Source: Acanthaster planci
Taxonomy: Eukaryota
NCBI RefSeq assembly: GCF_001949145.1
Contig: NW_019091362.1
Location: 496,670 to 560,669, forward strand
DNA: 64,000 nt
Reading direction: 5' to 3'
The notes under the pieces were generated by a model. It saw only the letters and a program-made list of their open reading frames with translations, did no database searches and had not been told where the DNA came from. This document shows positions 1 to 13,810 of this stretch, in pieces; within the stretch, counting starts at the first letter, position 1; every line of letters starts with the position of its first letter. Made by a program: the position numbers and the translations under genes.

Positions 1-1556
1 ATATGATTATTGTGTTCTTTAGTATATTATGTTAAACTTTGTTTAGCCAACTGGTACCAGTACATATCATTAGGGGGGTGATGTACATGCATGTACGGTA
101 AGTACGGGTATTGCAAAATCCTCAATACATGTATGTACATGTACATGTACCGGTAGTTGAATGGGACTGTGATTTTCATGTACATGTACATGCACCGGCA
201 GAAGTCAGTCATTTCTTGGCACAAAATCAAATGAGGATGTTAAAATCCATATCAGAAGCTGTATAATTAAATATTGTAAAAAAAATAACTTTGTGTGCAA
301 TGTACTCACAAAGTTTGAGATTACATGTATTTTTCACACCAGCACTTGAATAGCTGTGCAAGTATTGCGCTGGAGTGGAAGCTCTTAAAGTTTACCTGGT
401 ACATGTACATGGGTACCGCTCCATACATGTGTACATGTACATACATGTACATGTGTGTTAATTCATATTCAATAGCAGTCAACAGAAGTACAGTACATGT
501 ACATGTAGTACTGGTACAGTACAGTATGCTCTAGCTTGTAGTCTGTGGGATAGATAAATTACCATGGTTTCCAGCTCAAAAAAGGCATGTGCAATTATTT
601 GTTATGGTTATTAAAAATAGTTGGCATTCATAGCTACAGTCGTCATGTCAGCTCCCGTTACAGTTTTGATCATTAACCTGTCAAGCTGTTGTCATTGAAA
701 TGAAATTGATGGTCAGTGTTTTGGCAGAATTGTGTGATTGATTTTGGTAGATTATTCTGGTAAAGTGCAAATATCCCATATGTACCTACATGTACACATA
801 CATGTAGGGCGCATACATGCACACTGTACATGTACATGAATGTACAGTTGAATTCTAGAGTAAAACTGCAGTGACTGGAACGTTTTATGTTGAAGCATAA
901 AAAGTCGAAAATTGAACCAAATACGGTATTTTTTGTGCATGTGTAAAAAGTTCAGGTACCATACCTGTCCCATACATGTAGCCTACATGTATTTGTACAG
1001 TTGATGTTTTCTACTGTATTTGATAAAAGGAAGTTAAAGAAGAGATCTGTCTAAATATTCACCTTGCTCATAGGAACAAGATGACAATACATGTATGCAC
1101 TGAAAATAATACAGTGACAGAAAATATACGTTACAGGTAACTACAAATTGTAATCATAAAAAATAAGTATTGATGAAATGGAATACAGATCCCAGAAAGT
1201 TCCTTTAATGTTCCACCAATACTGGCATCTTAAGTTGATATTTTGAGCATAGCGTATGAGTACATTCATGTACATGTTCATGATGTTTTACAAGTGTGCA
1301 TACCTTAGTAGGCCCTTCTGGTACTTGGTATGCCAGACAGGATGTCTGTACTCTGTAGGGTCGTTGGTAATATTGGTGTGAGAGGACACACTGCCCCTTC
1401 CTGGAATCCAGTGTTCTAAACTTGGGAGAAAGCAAAGTGAAGGGTTGCAACGGGGAACCTGAAAAAGGAAGAGTTTATCTTCTTCAGACTGTCCATGATC
1501 TTCCCAGTCAGAGCTGGCATTGAGCCTATCCTTCAATTAGTTTGTGCCTGGTACAG

Positions 1557-1642
1557 GTGACCTGTGGGAGGACCCAGACACACCCAGCCAGTCCAAGGCC
1601 AGTAGAGGCAGTGCTAGTGAGGACTTCAAAATCCACACTCAG
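1557..1642 (+). CDS. Candidate upstream coding exon, possibly of the same neurabin-like gene: (G)DLWEDPDTPSQSKASRGSASEDFKIHTQ
   Basis: GC-richer, coding-like codons between gtacag| and CAG|gtattc. It ends in phase 0, compatible with the 17968 exon. Splice sites are only moderate and I recognise no homology. Confidence 0.3.
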
Positions 1643-3340
1643 GTATTCCAGAATCAGAGAATCACCACCTTCCAAAGAGGAAATTAAGGAAGATTTGGAT
1701 AAATCTTTTAATCAGTTGTTTCTATTCCTTCCAAAGAAATTTTATATCCTTCTCCTACCAAGGTCCCAAGGTACATGTACATGTACATGTACCTGTAGTG
1801 TACATGTACAACTGTAGGGTACATATACATGTACCCATGTGAAGAACATTCTCTAACATTTCTCTGAAGGCCTACTGGTACATGGCCACACTGAACCAAC
1901 ACACTTTCAGCCCAGCTTTAGGCTTACCAATGCGAGTAGTGTTCTTATAACACCATACTGTAATAAATTCCAGAGCTTACATGTAAGTCTTTTCATTTGT
2001 TCCATTCATCATCTTTTTTAATGCCGTGTTGCACATTATGATTTGGGGATGAATTTTGTTCCAGCTAGCCCTAAAAATTATGGTACATGTTTATCACAAG
2101 AATAGGCCTATTGGATATTTTACAAATGATACCCATCAACTTGTACACGTACATGAAAAATGTCAGTGGGAGTCAAGTTCGTAAGGATGTTTGGAGAAAC
2201 AAACAAGTTAATGGATATTGTAGAGTGTGAACCAAATCTGTTCTTCATATGAGGATGGACGTCAGTACATGTACATTCATTGTTCTGCTAAATACCGGTG
2301 GATCTGGAATGCATACATTTGCTTTCAGTAGAACCTACATGTACAGTATACCTTTACATGTAGCCTCAACACTGGTGGAAGTTGACTGTATACCAATTCC
2401 AGTTTTCCCACCTTGGCTTTTTTTTTCTTTGGAAGAGCAGACTTGAGGCCATTAGGGACAGACGTTAATAAAATCGACTACATGTACCGGTACAATGTAC
2501 ATGTACCTTCACCTAACTCTACGGATTCTAGATATTTTATTGAAGCTTGTAAACGTTCTAACCTTTGGTCAGGATGAGTCATTAAATTTCAAACTCTTTA
2601 TTAACTGACAAAGTACATGTATAAAATCAGTTTCAAGTGAAACTGATTTCAAGTGAAACTGATGATACATGTAAGGAAAGCACGGACTTACATTACACTG
2701 ATGTACATGTACATGTAGGTTGAATTGAGTGTGAGGGACTGATATTTCTTGGCATAAAGGACAAAGTGTAATGTGACTTTTTAAAAATATCCATTTATGT
2801 GAATGAAATACTTCATCCTAAATTTATGCAGTGACTGGATCCTAATTGGTGTTTAAATCAGCTAGGAAGAAATAAACTGAATAGTTAAGATAATGGTGAG
2901 CCTTTAAAATACCTGTCAATGTGAGGGACGGACAGCACCAGCGTGAGCGATAGACATTATGTCAAGTTTCAACAAAGCTTGTTTACCTTGCTCTCAACCT
3001 TGCATTAATGAAACTGTACTATTTAAACATTTTTAATGTAGGTATCAGTACTAGAACTTTTTGTCAAAAGGATTGTACATGGGTAGCTTATTTTGCAAGG
3101 AAAATTTATCCTTAAGTGACCGATGTCTTAAGAGTCAGACATGGGGAGGACAAATTGTTCCTCACAAGAATTAAAATGCAATAACTGCAAACAAAAAACC
3201 TGAGATGCAAATTATTTTGCATTTGAATATTGATTGATAATTTTCAATAAATACCGTACATGTGCATTTTATAGCCATTTGGTTCATTATGGATATAGAC
3301 TGGGAGAACGCAGTTTTGATACTAACTCGTTTGGGAGAGA

Positions 3341-3449
3341 GGTCTTGTCTTGTCTTATCAAGGTCTTGGTCTCGGGAGGGCTGGTTTCGGTCTCGAAAGT
3401 GCTGGTCTCGGTCTTGGCCTCAGACTTCAAGGTCTTGGATACAACACTG
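3341..3449. mobile_element. One end of a hAT-like non-autonomous element
   Basis: Cluster of GGTCTCG/GGTCTTG subterminal repeats ending in ...GGTCTTGGATACAACACTG (reverse complement CAGTGTTGTATCCAAGACC). The opposite end was not found. Confidence 0.55.
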
Positions 3450-5883
3450 GTAGAATCCCATTTAGTTGATCACAAAGAACATCATGATTAATGGCTGTGA
3501 TACATCAAAGAATGTACGGTACATTCCTATACATGTACGTTACTAGCAATGTACATCTGCAAAACCTTCAGACTGTATCCCTGGCACATTCACAGTACGT
3601 GTACATGTACATGTATATACATGTGTGTACATGAACTTGCAAGTACACTGTACTTGTGCATGTATGTACACTGTACATGTACACATACACTGTACACTTT
3701 ACTTGTACTCATGTTCAAGTCTGAACTGGTGCTTTGGTGAGCTGTACTGATAAATGCTCGTCTTGAACTTAAGATACACCTGTATTACATGTACTTGGTT
3801 TGATTCATTATGGCAACTTGCTTCAGATAAAATGTTACTTTTGCGCAAGGATTATTCATCATTTATATACAGCATGGAGACAAAGTTGGGGGGGTGCTTG
3901 CCCGTCCCTCTGAAAGATGAAAAGCCTCTTTAGAAGTATACGCGTAATCCATTCCGACATGTACACGTAAACGTACATGTACATCAACCTTATCTCATGT
4001 TGCACTCTATGCCTAGACAGTTGGGAGGGCAACAGTGCACAACACTGAAAGATGAAAAGAATCAGAACCAAAATGTTTGAAATATAAACAACTTAAATCA
4101 CCTGTCAAATTGACCATAAATTAATCATTGAATGGAAGCTGTTACAGTACATGTACATGCACCATAGTCAGCAATATACATATACATCTATTGGGAGTTC
4201 TACTGTTTTGTTGATCTCTGCATTTTCCTTGTTTTTGTTCAACTTGTCTGTAATCATGCTTCATTTTCTCAGTTTACCATACTTTGTACCTTTTTATTAT
4301 TAAATGTTGCAAACTTATTGCAACTAAAAATAGTCACTTTTTAGTCAGTTACAGGTGTATATGTAATGTATGTACATGTACTTTTACAGCAGCAAAATTA
4401 TTCACTTAGACAATTTTGTCAGTTTGGACCACGTGAAGAAGAAAAATATACAAGTATGAAATGCATATGGCCAAACCCATTGACTTCTTTGCCTGGCCAA
4501 GCATTTCTCTTGAATGTACTGGTACGTGTACAATATTGTGACAAGTTGGCCTGCATTCCTGATTTGGGATTGTTTATTTTGCTTTTTAGAAGAACTTTTG
4601 ATGTATGGTTAATGTGTCTAAACATTTTGGGGTAATAGAGGGAACATATACACGAGCTAGCTACATGAAGGGTAGTGTAAGAGAGTTGATAAGCTATCCG
4701 GTGGGAAGACTCGATCGTTATTCATGTAGGCATGAACCTTGATGAGATACTTGTACCTTGTATACATTAACTGTGTTCATAATACATGTACATGTATACA
4801 TGGGATGTACATGTACATGTACATTACCATTCTGTCAGAACTACTCTTGAAACGTCGATTTGTACTAGATGTGCTGGTACATGTATGGTGTTGGAGCAAA
4901 AGATACATACAGTACGCAGATGCACAGTTTGTGGGTACATGTGCATGTATATGTACTTTACGGGTACATGTATGTACCGTACTGGTACATGTACACTGTA
5001 TTACATGTGTACACATGAATGTACGGCACAAGACAAGCCGTTGAATTAAATACATAATATTGTACTTACAGGTCATCCATGATACTTACATGTACCGGTA
5101 CACGTATCAACATTTTACTATCAGTATCCTGAAATATCAACAAACTCCCATAGGCATTACATTGTTGGAAAGTGCCCATTATTAAGCATACAGATACATT
5201 GTATGCATTTTAGAAAATCTTCATGTTTTAACAATACAAAGGTTCAATATGAAAAAATACTGTTTAGACACGTTATTGATAAAGAAATGTTTTCTGATCA
5301 ATGATATTCTCGTGCATGTCTCGGCACCAGGACAAAATTATGTGGGTATAAATGGAACGCTGCGCCATGATGCCAAAAGTTTATAGTGAAATGAATGCTA
5401 CCACACGTTATATAGTAGAGACTGTTAGTGGCAATCCGCCGATGCCAGAATGGCTGAAAGGAGTCTCACTGACACATATATGAATATTGATAGATGTATT
5501 TCATGGTCAGCCAATCCCAGCACAACGATTGCATGGTTCCAGGATGTGTTTTACACAAGAGGCCTTTGCTTCCAGCTGCACCGAAGAATGCCCACACCGA
5601 AACTGTTCGCATGTATACGTACATGTACACACATTAACGCAGGAACGCAGTGTGTACGTACCAGGCTGCGTCACGGCTGGTAGGCCTACAATACATGGAA
5701 AGTACATGTACATGTACATGTAGGCCCTACCCGTACATCCATGATGCATGCAAATCTTGCGTATGTACTCTCCATCGGAGCCAGCTCTCAGTGCACGACT
5801 GGTGAATACATATAACGCTTGCCTTTTCTTGATTTTTTCATGTTTTACATCTAAATGAGAATACTAGTAAAAATCAACATTTT

Positions 5884-5980
5884 ACGTGACCCCAAAAGTC
5901 GTATGTGCCCTACAACCTCCTCCTCCCCATCGTACGCTTTGTACGACTGTGAAAATGTTGAAAACTTTGGACAGCTCCTT
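5884..5980. mobile_element. Probable end fragment of a PIF/Harbinger-type MITE
   Basis: C-rich tract, CGTACG repeats, then GTGAAAATGTTGAAAACTTTGGACAGCTCCTT, resembling recalled ends of this MITE type. The partner end was not identified. Confidence 0.35.
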
Positions 5981-7385
5981 GGTACCAGTACATGAGTACA
6001 TGTACATGTTGAACACCCATTCTCCCAACTCTGGAGGATCCATGTTCATGTACTTACATTTAAAAATGTTCAGAAGAATCAAAATTGAATGTGTGTGGTA
6101 AAAATACAATCCTCACGATTGGCTGAATTGTTCAGCATGTACATGTAACATGTACATGCTGCACATGTACATGTACCGGTACCATACCGGTACATGTATG
6201 CCATATGTACACATACCGTACTATCACAATCTTACAAACATTGAAGTTTGAACTTATTTAATTTAGACATCCTCAGGCCGTACATACATGTGTACATTGT
6301 GCATATGCAGTTTTGACAAATTGAATTCATTCAGGTCACTCCAGCCAAAAAGTCTCCAATTTGAATATCAAATCAGTCGGGTGACTTTTTGGAGAAGGTC
6401 TGGGGCGATAAAAGGCGCCTGAAAATTCTACCAGCTTGCAGGCATGTTCAAGACTGAACTTCATTGTCTGGTAATTACCTAGCCTCAGAAGGGGTCTTTC
6501 CTGTGAGATCTCAGAGGTCTGGCTTGCTGGAGGTGAGACATAGTGAGAGAGGCCAGGCTATGGCCTGCAGGAGGATATGTTCAGCACCAAGATCAGCTCA
6601 CAGTAATTGGCAGACTAGTTCATGAATGATTTGATGGACCACATTAGAGGGGTTGGACAGAAACGTAGTTATTACCAGACATATCCAATTCTCCCCTTTG
6701 TGTACCGTGCACGGAAATTTGAAGATTGAAAGAAATGAAAGGCTGTGGCACAAAACCCTGATCTTCTTACAGACTGAAACCTGTCAATCATAAGCCATTT
6801 ACTTTAAAGCAATGACTCTCTGTTGATAAACGCATGTGTATGAATTAATACACGTATTTCTTGTTTTTAAATTTGCCATCAACTTACTTGTTGGGACAGA
6901 CATCCCCCAAGATGCAGTCTATTACATGTACAGTAGATGTATTTCTGGCCTTATTTTTATTTTTTACAGTTTTCTAATATTTTTCTACTTACATGTACCA
7001 ATGATAAATTAAATTTATTTCAGTGTACAAAATTCCTTGATAGTAGGTTGTCTCTAAGAGCTCTGTGATAGAGTACTATTGCACCTGATCCCCAGCCTTT
7101 CAATATTTATTGTTCATCTCTTGACCTGAGTGACCTTACTGGTCATCCATTTTTTTTTCAATGCATCTCACTTCCCCAGGGGGATAAACTTGTCATCTGT
7201 CCCTCCTGTCTCCTGCTTATGCTCTCAGCTTTATTCCAGCCTGTTAATGAGATTGGAGAAGATTTCATTGCTTTATATTGTATCTACGGTAGTGTGTGGG
7301 TGTTGCCAGAAGGAGTGAATGTATTGCTCTCACATAATCTAGGGTATAAACAGTCACATTTTAACCCACCCCAGAAACAAAGAAA

Positions 7386-7444
7386 TTAACCCTAACCCTC
7401 CTCAATCCTTCACCTGTTGGAGGATTGAGGAGGGTTAGCGTTAA
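7386..7444. mobile_element. 59-bp TTAA-bounded hairpin mini-element (piggyBac-type ends), copy 1
   Basis: TTAA-CCCTAACCCTCCTCAATCCT-loop-AGGATTGAGGAGGGTTAGCG-TTAA. A near-identical reverse-complement copy lies at 38456-38514. Confidence 0.75.
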
Positions 7445-8575
7445 TAAATAAAACAAAAAAATAGAAAGGGATTTTTGAAATCAATGCATCAATAAGATGA
7501 AATGACTTTTGAACTCTGAGTTAAGATCGTGATTATTTTCTCAAAGTTTTTCTGTAATTTAAAAGAATTTCACAATTTTTCAAGATTTCTATCCAGCTGC
7601 AGGTCTTTTGTGTAATGGGGACATGCATTCTGAACTTTCTAGTACCGGTACATGCACATCATAATATGCATCAGTGTGCTCATAAATGTTTATTCTGTAC
7701 GCACCATTTACTTTTACTTTCATTAATTCAATCGACTATGGTACACTGATTTTACTTGGAATCTTTGCCCAGCTTTTTGTACCAGTAGATTTAATGCTGT
7801 TCATAAAATGCCTTGTGTGTGTATACAGTTTGTTAAGTGCAGGTACATGTTTGTATGTACCTTTGTTCTGTACATGTGCCGGTATACCGGCGCATGTACA
7901 TGTACATAGGAGACGGGACACTTTGTACCACAAAAATGTGGAGTGAAAAGAATATGTATCGAATGTACATGTACAGTGTGCATGTACCGATAGCAATAGC
8001 ATATCGGTACTGTATTTTAAAAAGGTAATGCATGAACAATGTACATGTACAGACAGGTTTACTGATTCATTGTATGCGTATCATGAATATGTATAAAATA
8101 CAGAATGTGAGCCTACATGCACTGTACAGTACATGTACTTGATGCATAACTGAACAATAAATAACTTACACACATGTACATACAAGTACATTGTACATGT
8201 GCGGTATGTTCCCTTTAATATTGCCCAACTTTTTCCAGTCGTGTACGTAGTGTATGGTGCAGCACACTACATGTACGTGTGTGTTAAAGTGCAATGGACA
8301 AGGGCCTCAAGTTCAACTACATTTCATCATCTGGGGTTTTGGAGGTAATGGTAGATAGATTGGCCATCTCCAAAGCAATATATCATGAATTTATCAACAC
8401 AACAGAACTGAGAGGCAATTTCTTTCCACAACCAACTTGGCCAATTTCAGAAACACACAAGGTCTAATGTTATGTTAATTATGTGTTGATGATATAACGG
8501 GGAGAAAGGCACACAGACATAAATGAAGCATGCATGAAGATTCATGTAAACTGGCGCTGTTGTGGCCCAAATGCA

Positions 8576-9739
8576 TTAAAATGAGGAGTTTTGATGATGC
8601 GCAGAAAATGCACAATGTTATACATTTATATCCTAGATGCATAAACTTAAAATATAACTCTTAGCTGGTCAAAATAATTGTGAAATTTGTTTCAAAATGA
8701 CAGAGTAGGAGATGTTAATGGTGGAGGGGAGCGTAACTTGTGTTCTCATGCAGTAGTAACAGACTATGCCTCAGAGAAAAATGCGGTCCGTGTTTGAGTA
8801 CCCAGACCTAAATCTTGGGCTGAATCGAGGGCTACTTTGTGTGTGTGTACATGTGAAGCTTCTAGAAAAAAGACAGCGACCCATGCGCATGCTTGTTTGC
8901 CGAGTCTACGTTGTCAGTGTGTCAAAGAAAAAGAGCTAAACACGTATCGGAATCTTCTAGTGGAAGTGACTGGATTCAATTCTTATGACACTAACTATAA
9001 TTTCCTCGGTGATGAATGAGGAGGACAGCACGGAACTTATCCGCATTGCGGGGCTGTCTGGGTCGCAAACCTGGTGGCATAGTGGTCCAACAGCATAGCA
9101 CCGTACACCGGCAGAAGCGACAAGCGGAGGAGTCAGCGAGGCTTATGTGTCGCTTTTCTAAATTCGAAGTACTTCTGTGGATGCTGGAAAATTGTCTAAG
9201 CAGTCTTCCAAAAACCCTTTTACTTATTTGCGAGACCTGGGAAGGCTTAAAATCTACCCTTATTGCGTTGTCTGGGGACCATCAATTCAATGCGTTATTG
9301 CACGTACGGAAACGTCGGGACCAGGTCTTAGTGTACAAGATTCCTGTCTGAAACTACAAACTGTACAAGGTTGGGCTACAAATCAACAAATCATGCACTT
9401 AAACTAGATGGATGGAACAATTAACGTATTGGACAAGAACCATGCAAGAAAATTACATTTTGAGCATGCCTCAACTATGAGACTCGCGTGTGAAGATATG
9501 CACTGTTTGCCGCCGTATCTCCCCATGATATTTAGGATCACCTGCATATTATTACTGCATAATGAGTGTTTCTGAAATCAGCGGAAAAAGGACTCACAGA
9601 AGCCCACTTTTGGACTTTTTTCTGTCATAAATGGGAAAACTGTTTCATTTTTTTCATGTTGATTTTGGAAGATGATCTTGTTACCTGTTATATAACCTTT
9701 AATTGGGGAAAAGAGGGTTTCTTTTCAATACCTCTTTAA
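8576..9739. mobile_element. Possible decayed TTAA-type (Kolobok-like) DNA transposon remnant
   Basis: CpG-rich block, nearly free of TACATGTA, ending in ...CAATACCTCTTTAA. Weak left-end candidate TTAAAATGAGGAG. No intact ORF. Confidence 0.3.
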
Positions 9740-10566
9740 AATTACAAGTCAGGCTCCTGGCAAAAGTGATACATGCTTGTGTACATGTACATTGACAAAT
9801 ACATGTATTACTAAGGGAGAGGATTTTCTGAAGCTTGGTTACCTCTTGAATAGGGTGTGGCTTTTAAAGGAATGAGATTGGTTCTTGTTCATTACTTATG
9901 CAGTGCATGTGAAGGTGTGAATAACAAGTTCTAAATTGCACGTCCACAGAACATCTTCCAAATTTTATATATGTACATGTACATTAGTAGATGTGATTAT
10001 TTTATGTAGGCTACAGTGCACATGTCTCGTACACTGTACAGTACATGTACATGTACCCTTGGTCTTTCCACACATGTACATGTACTGTACGGTATCAGTG
10101 CTTGTATGCATGCTATTAGATGAAGGCCTATCTTTGCCTGCTGTTTTGCACAAGGCTTTACATGTACATACTTACATGTACATGCATGGCTAGCCCAATG
10201 CTACATGTATGATGCACGTGTGTATGAAGTAGGTTAATTGCAGTTGGCTTTAATGACTTGAAAAAGAAATGAAGAAACTTGCATAACATTCACATGGCAA
10301 ACAGTTTTACTGCTGGTATGATTGAGCGAATGGACCATGAGTCACAGACGAATAACGACTCTAGCAAGCTCCATCTCATAAATAACAAAGTACATGTACC
10401 GGGAAGACATTAAGTCACATCTGGTGAGGCCTGTGCACTTCATCCACTGTGCCTGATTGGGATGTCTCATTTTCGTGATACACTGGACATGTACGGTATC
10501 TTGGGCTTGTACAATGTTATGTCACAGTGCACACCGTTTGAGACAGATGTTGCTTACACAGTGAAG

Positions 10567-10742
10567 AATACGGGCATTTCACAGTAGTGCGCCTCCAAGA
10601 GTTTGCAACGCGTTGACCAATCACAGTGCACGAAATTTGTCGACCCAATGCGCATTCGGAAAGGCTCGACAAATTTCGCGCATTGTGATTGGCCAACGCA
10701 TTATAAACTCTTGGAGGCGCACTATTGTGAATTGTCCGTATT
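10567..10742. mobile_element. Foldback/MITE-like long inverted repeat (arms about 77 bp, short spacer)
   Basis: Left arm AATACGGGCATTTCACAGTAGTGCGCCTCCAAGAGTTT...CGAAATTTGTCGA pairs with right arm TCGACAAATTTCG...AAACTCTTGGAGGCGCACTATTGTGAATTGTCCGTATT, with scattered mismatches that are mostly transitions. Confidence 0.8.
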
Positions 10743-11283
10743 TTGCAGAAGTTTTGAGAGTGAAGTGTCCCACGGGTTAGAATGAAAAGGGTTGTACATG
10801 TACATGTACAACTTGGATTAACGATATGAAATTGAGAATACAGTAGATATTAAGAAATAGAATTAAGAGATTAACCTGGACCCTGAAGGCTAACCCGGGT
10901 ACCTGAATGCCAACCCGGGACCATGCATTTGCTATATTGTACCTGTACCAGTATATTTGAACTTTGAACCCAGAGCTTGCTCTTTACAGTTTAAATAGTC
11001 TGTCAATACGTATCAAGCTTAAAAAGTGGCTGGATTCTGTTGTCTTTAATCTTGCAAATCCTTCCAAACTTCCAGTACATTTGGAAGGATCATCTGATAG
11101 GATGCGCATTATTGGAGTACTACAAAGCTGTATTAAATACAGGCATCAGTGTGAATTCAACAACCCTGGATCTGTGAACCAATGTACATGTACTAGTACA
11201 TGAAAACATATTATATATGTTTGTACATTGACACTAGTTACGGTTACATTTTAAAAAAAATTTGTGTGAAAGAACTTCTGGTA

Positions 11284-11442
11284 TAGATATGCAATGCTGG
11301 CATCTCTGTGGTGTCTTAGAGGCTGTTTTTTTGTTTTTTAAAATGTAGTATGGTAACAATGAATGCACAAAAAGTTCATTCGAGCCTATCCAAGTCATAC
11401 AAAGCTCTTGCCCTCTGAGGATGCGTTAACGCACAACCTCTA
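11284..11442. mobile_element. Decayed copy of the MITE at 13657-13810, same orientation
   Basis: Collinear similarity: ctggcatctc...aatgcacaaaaag...gagcctatccaagt...ttgccctc...ttaacgcacaacctc. Confidence 0.6.
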
Positions 11443-13656
11443 TTTTGTGCACATTAAAATGTAAACGTTTACCGTACCGGTGCATGTTCATATGCATTCT
11501 GAAAATCAGTGGTACCATTAATGTGGAAAAAATACTCACTTATGACTTAAGACAATTTGAATTTGGAAAAATGTGAAATCTTTGATGGCAGGACAGTGCA
11601 ACAGTCATGAGATTCACCTTCAGTGAGCGAGGTGGCTTGACCCAAGAAGACCAAGAGATCCAAATGACGAGACTGAATGATAGACAAGCTTCCTTTGTCC
11701 CACTTTCTTCTCCAGAAATGTCAGGACAAAAAAAAAATATGGAGTCAGTTTCCTCTGTCTGTGATATCATGCCTTGCTATACCGGTATGTAGCAGTACTG
11801 TGGTTTCACCCTGTCCTGTCTCTATGGTGATACCAACCCATGATGATCCCAAATGAAACCAATGAATAAAAATGAGGGGTGTGTTCAATTAATAAAACAT
11901 TCACAAAGGACTTCAGTGTACACATTACCTGAAGCCCTGGTATATGTACATGTAAGGAAGTTGGTGGAGCTCATGCATAAATACATGCACGTACATGTAC
12001 AGTGTATGTATTTTAATTTTTTGTGTGAGGGGGGATGGGTGAGTATAAGACGGGTACATCTTTAGGCTCACAGACTCTCTCGACACAGAAAAAAATTCTG
12101 TATTATTTTTGTTGCAAAGAAAATGTAAATTTTTGGTGTCTTTTGTGTGGAATGTATGAAAAAGGGAGGGACACACGAGCTGGTACATGTACTGTAGAAA
12201 TGTACATGTGTACTGGGGCTGCATGTGTGTAAATTATGCATGTGCATGTATTTACAATGATGGGTGTTGGAGCACATACATGCAAATGTAAATTAGTATC
12301 ACTTTGCGGCCAAATATAGAATTGCTCCTGTGGCAGTCTCTCAGTTATCACACAAAAGCTGTTCCAGGATGCAATCCCGATAGTGTAATATGTAAACACA
12401 GTTATAGGTCTCCTGAGAAATTAATGTACCCTGTAAAGTACCTGAAGACCGTACCTGAATAGTGTCTGGTAATGGTTTGTTCCTGGCCTCTCCCTACTCC
12501 CCTACATTTCCTCTCAGGACACAGCCCACTGACCCATTTTTTCCCCCAATTATGGTACCACCAGGTCTCTCCTTTCTGGTTTTTCTGTTATGAGGATGAA
12601 TCATGACATTGGTGGGGATTCCTGGCAGTTATTGGCACTTGATGGGGTCTGATGGGACCCAACTTCATGCACATGTATCTCTTCAGGGTCCAGCCAACTG
12701 TGAAATTGACAGTTTTATTAGGATGATGTGTACAGATCTAGGATCTGGGCAGACAAAGATGGGTCATAAGAACCAAGGGTGTACATGTAGTGCATGCCCC
12801 AACAATTATGGAATGTCGTTGCTGAGATAAAACTGAACTAGACCCACACCTCACAGCTTGTGAATGTGTGGGCATGTACATGTACATTGTTGTACATTGC
12901 TGTACACGTATTCTTCATTGCACACTTTCCCTTCTGTCACACACGTACTGGTATTATATGTGCATGTATGACGTATGTTCTAGCAAAGGAAGACAATGTA
13001 CATAGATAATCATACATTGTAGCATTTCCAGATGTCCAGTACATTGCAACTGAAACTGAACCCAGTTAATGACTGAGAATAATTGCGAACAAAATTCTGT
13101 TTATATTCCTGAAAAACGTGTGAACTTTTTCCCATTTGTGAAAAAAAGCTGTGAAATTGTATCAACTTGTGACAAAAAGGTGTGAACATTTTTCCCCGTT
13201 GTAAAATAAGTTGATGAGTTCTTTTTTCACAGAGGACAAAAAGTGAAAATTTTTAACACTGAGGGGAAGATTTTTCATAATTTATGAAATGAATATTCAT
13301 ATTCCCGGATGGGAAATGTGTGAACATTTTCCCTCTTGAGGTTAATTTTCATTTGCAATGTACATGTACTTACATGTGAACTGTATGCACCAACCATCAG
13401 TCATAGACCATGTGACCATGTCAAGATAGGTCTAGTCAGTATGACGACTTCATGGCAATGTGAGTTACAGTGTTCTGTGCACCTAGCGCATCACACGCTT
13501 GAGTATTTCCTGTAGTTTGATATATTGGCTCTCAATGTTTGTTTACATTTTTCTTCTTAAGCCTTTGCACCTCTTCATTTGAGAGGTTGATACCACATTC
13601 AGATTCTTCATTTCCCCGTACATTGCACATGAAGTAGATTTATGTACATGTACACA

Positions 13657-13810
13657 GAGGTTATGCCTTGCTGGCGTCTCCATGGAGTCTCAGAGTTTTT
13701 TTGTTATTTTGATTTAGTTACAACAAATGCACAAAAGGTTAAGGCCTACTTGAGTCTATCCAAGTGGTACAAAACTGTTGCCCTCGTAGGACACATTAAC
13801 ACATAACCTC
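13657..13810. mobile_element. MITE of about 155 bp with short TIRs (GAGGTTATG...CATAACCTC); second, more decayed copy at about 11284-11442
   Basis: 9-bp perfect TIR. The internal sequence (ctggcgtctc...aatgcacaaaagg...gagtctatccaagt...ttgccctc...ttaac) is collinear with 11284-11442. Confidence 0.65.

Noticed and set aside
6579..6599. RE1/NRSE-like TTCAGCACCAAGATCAGCTC
   Set aside because: The right half-site deviates from GGACAG at key positions; a single imperfect hit is not supportable.
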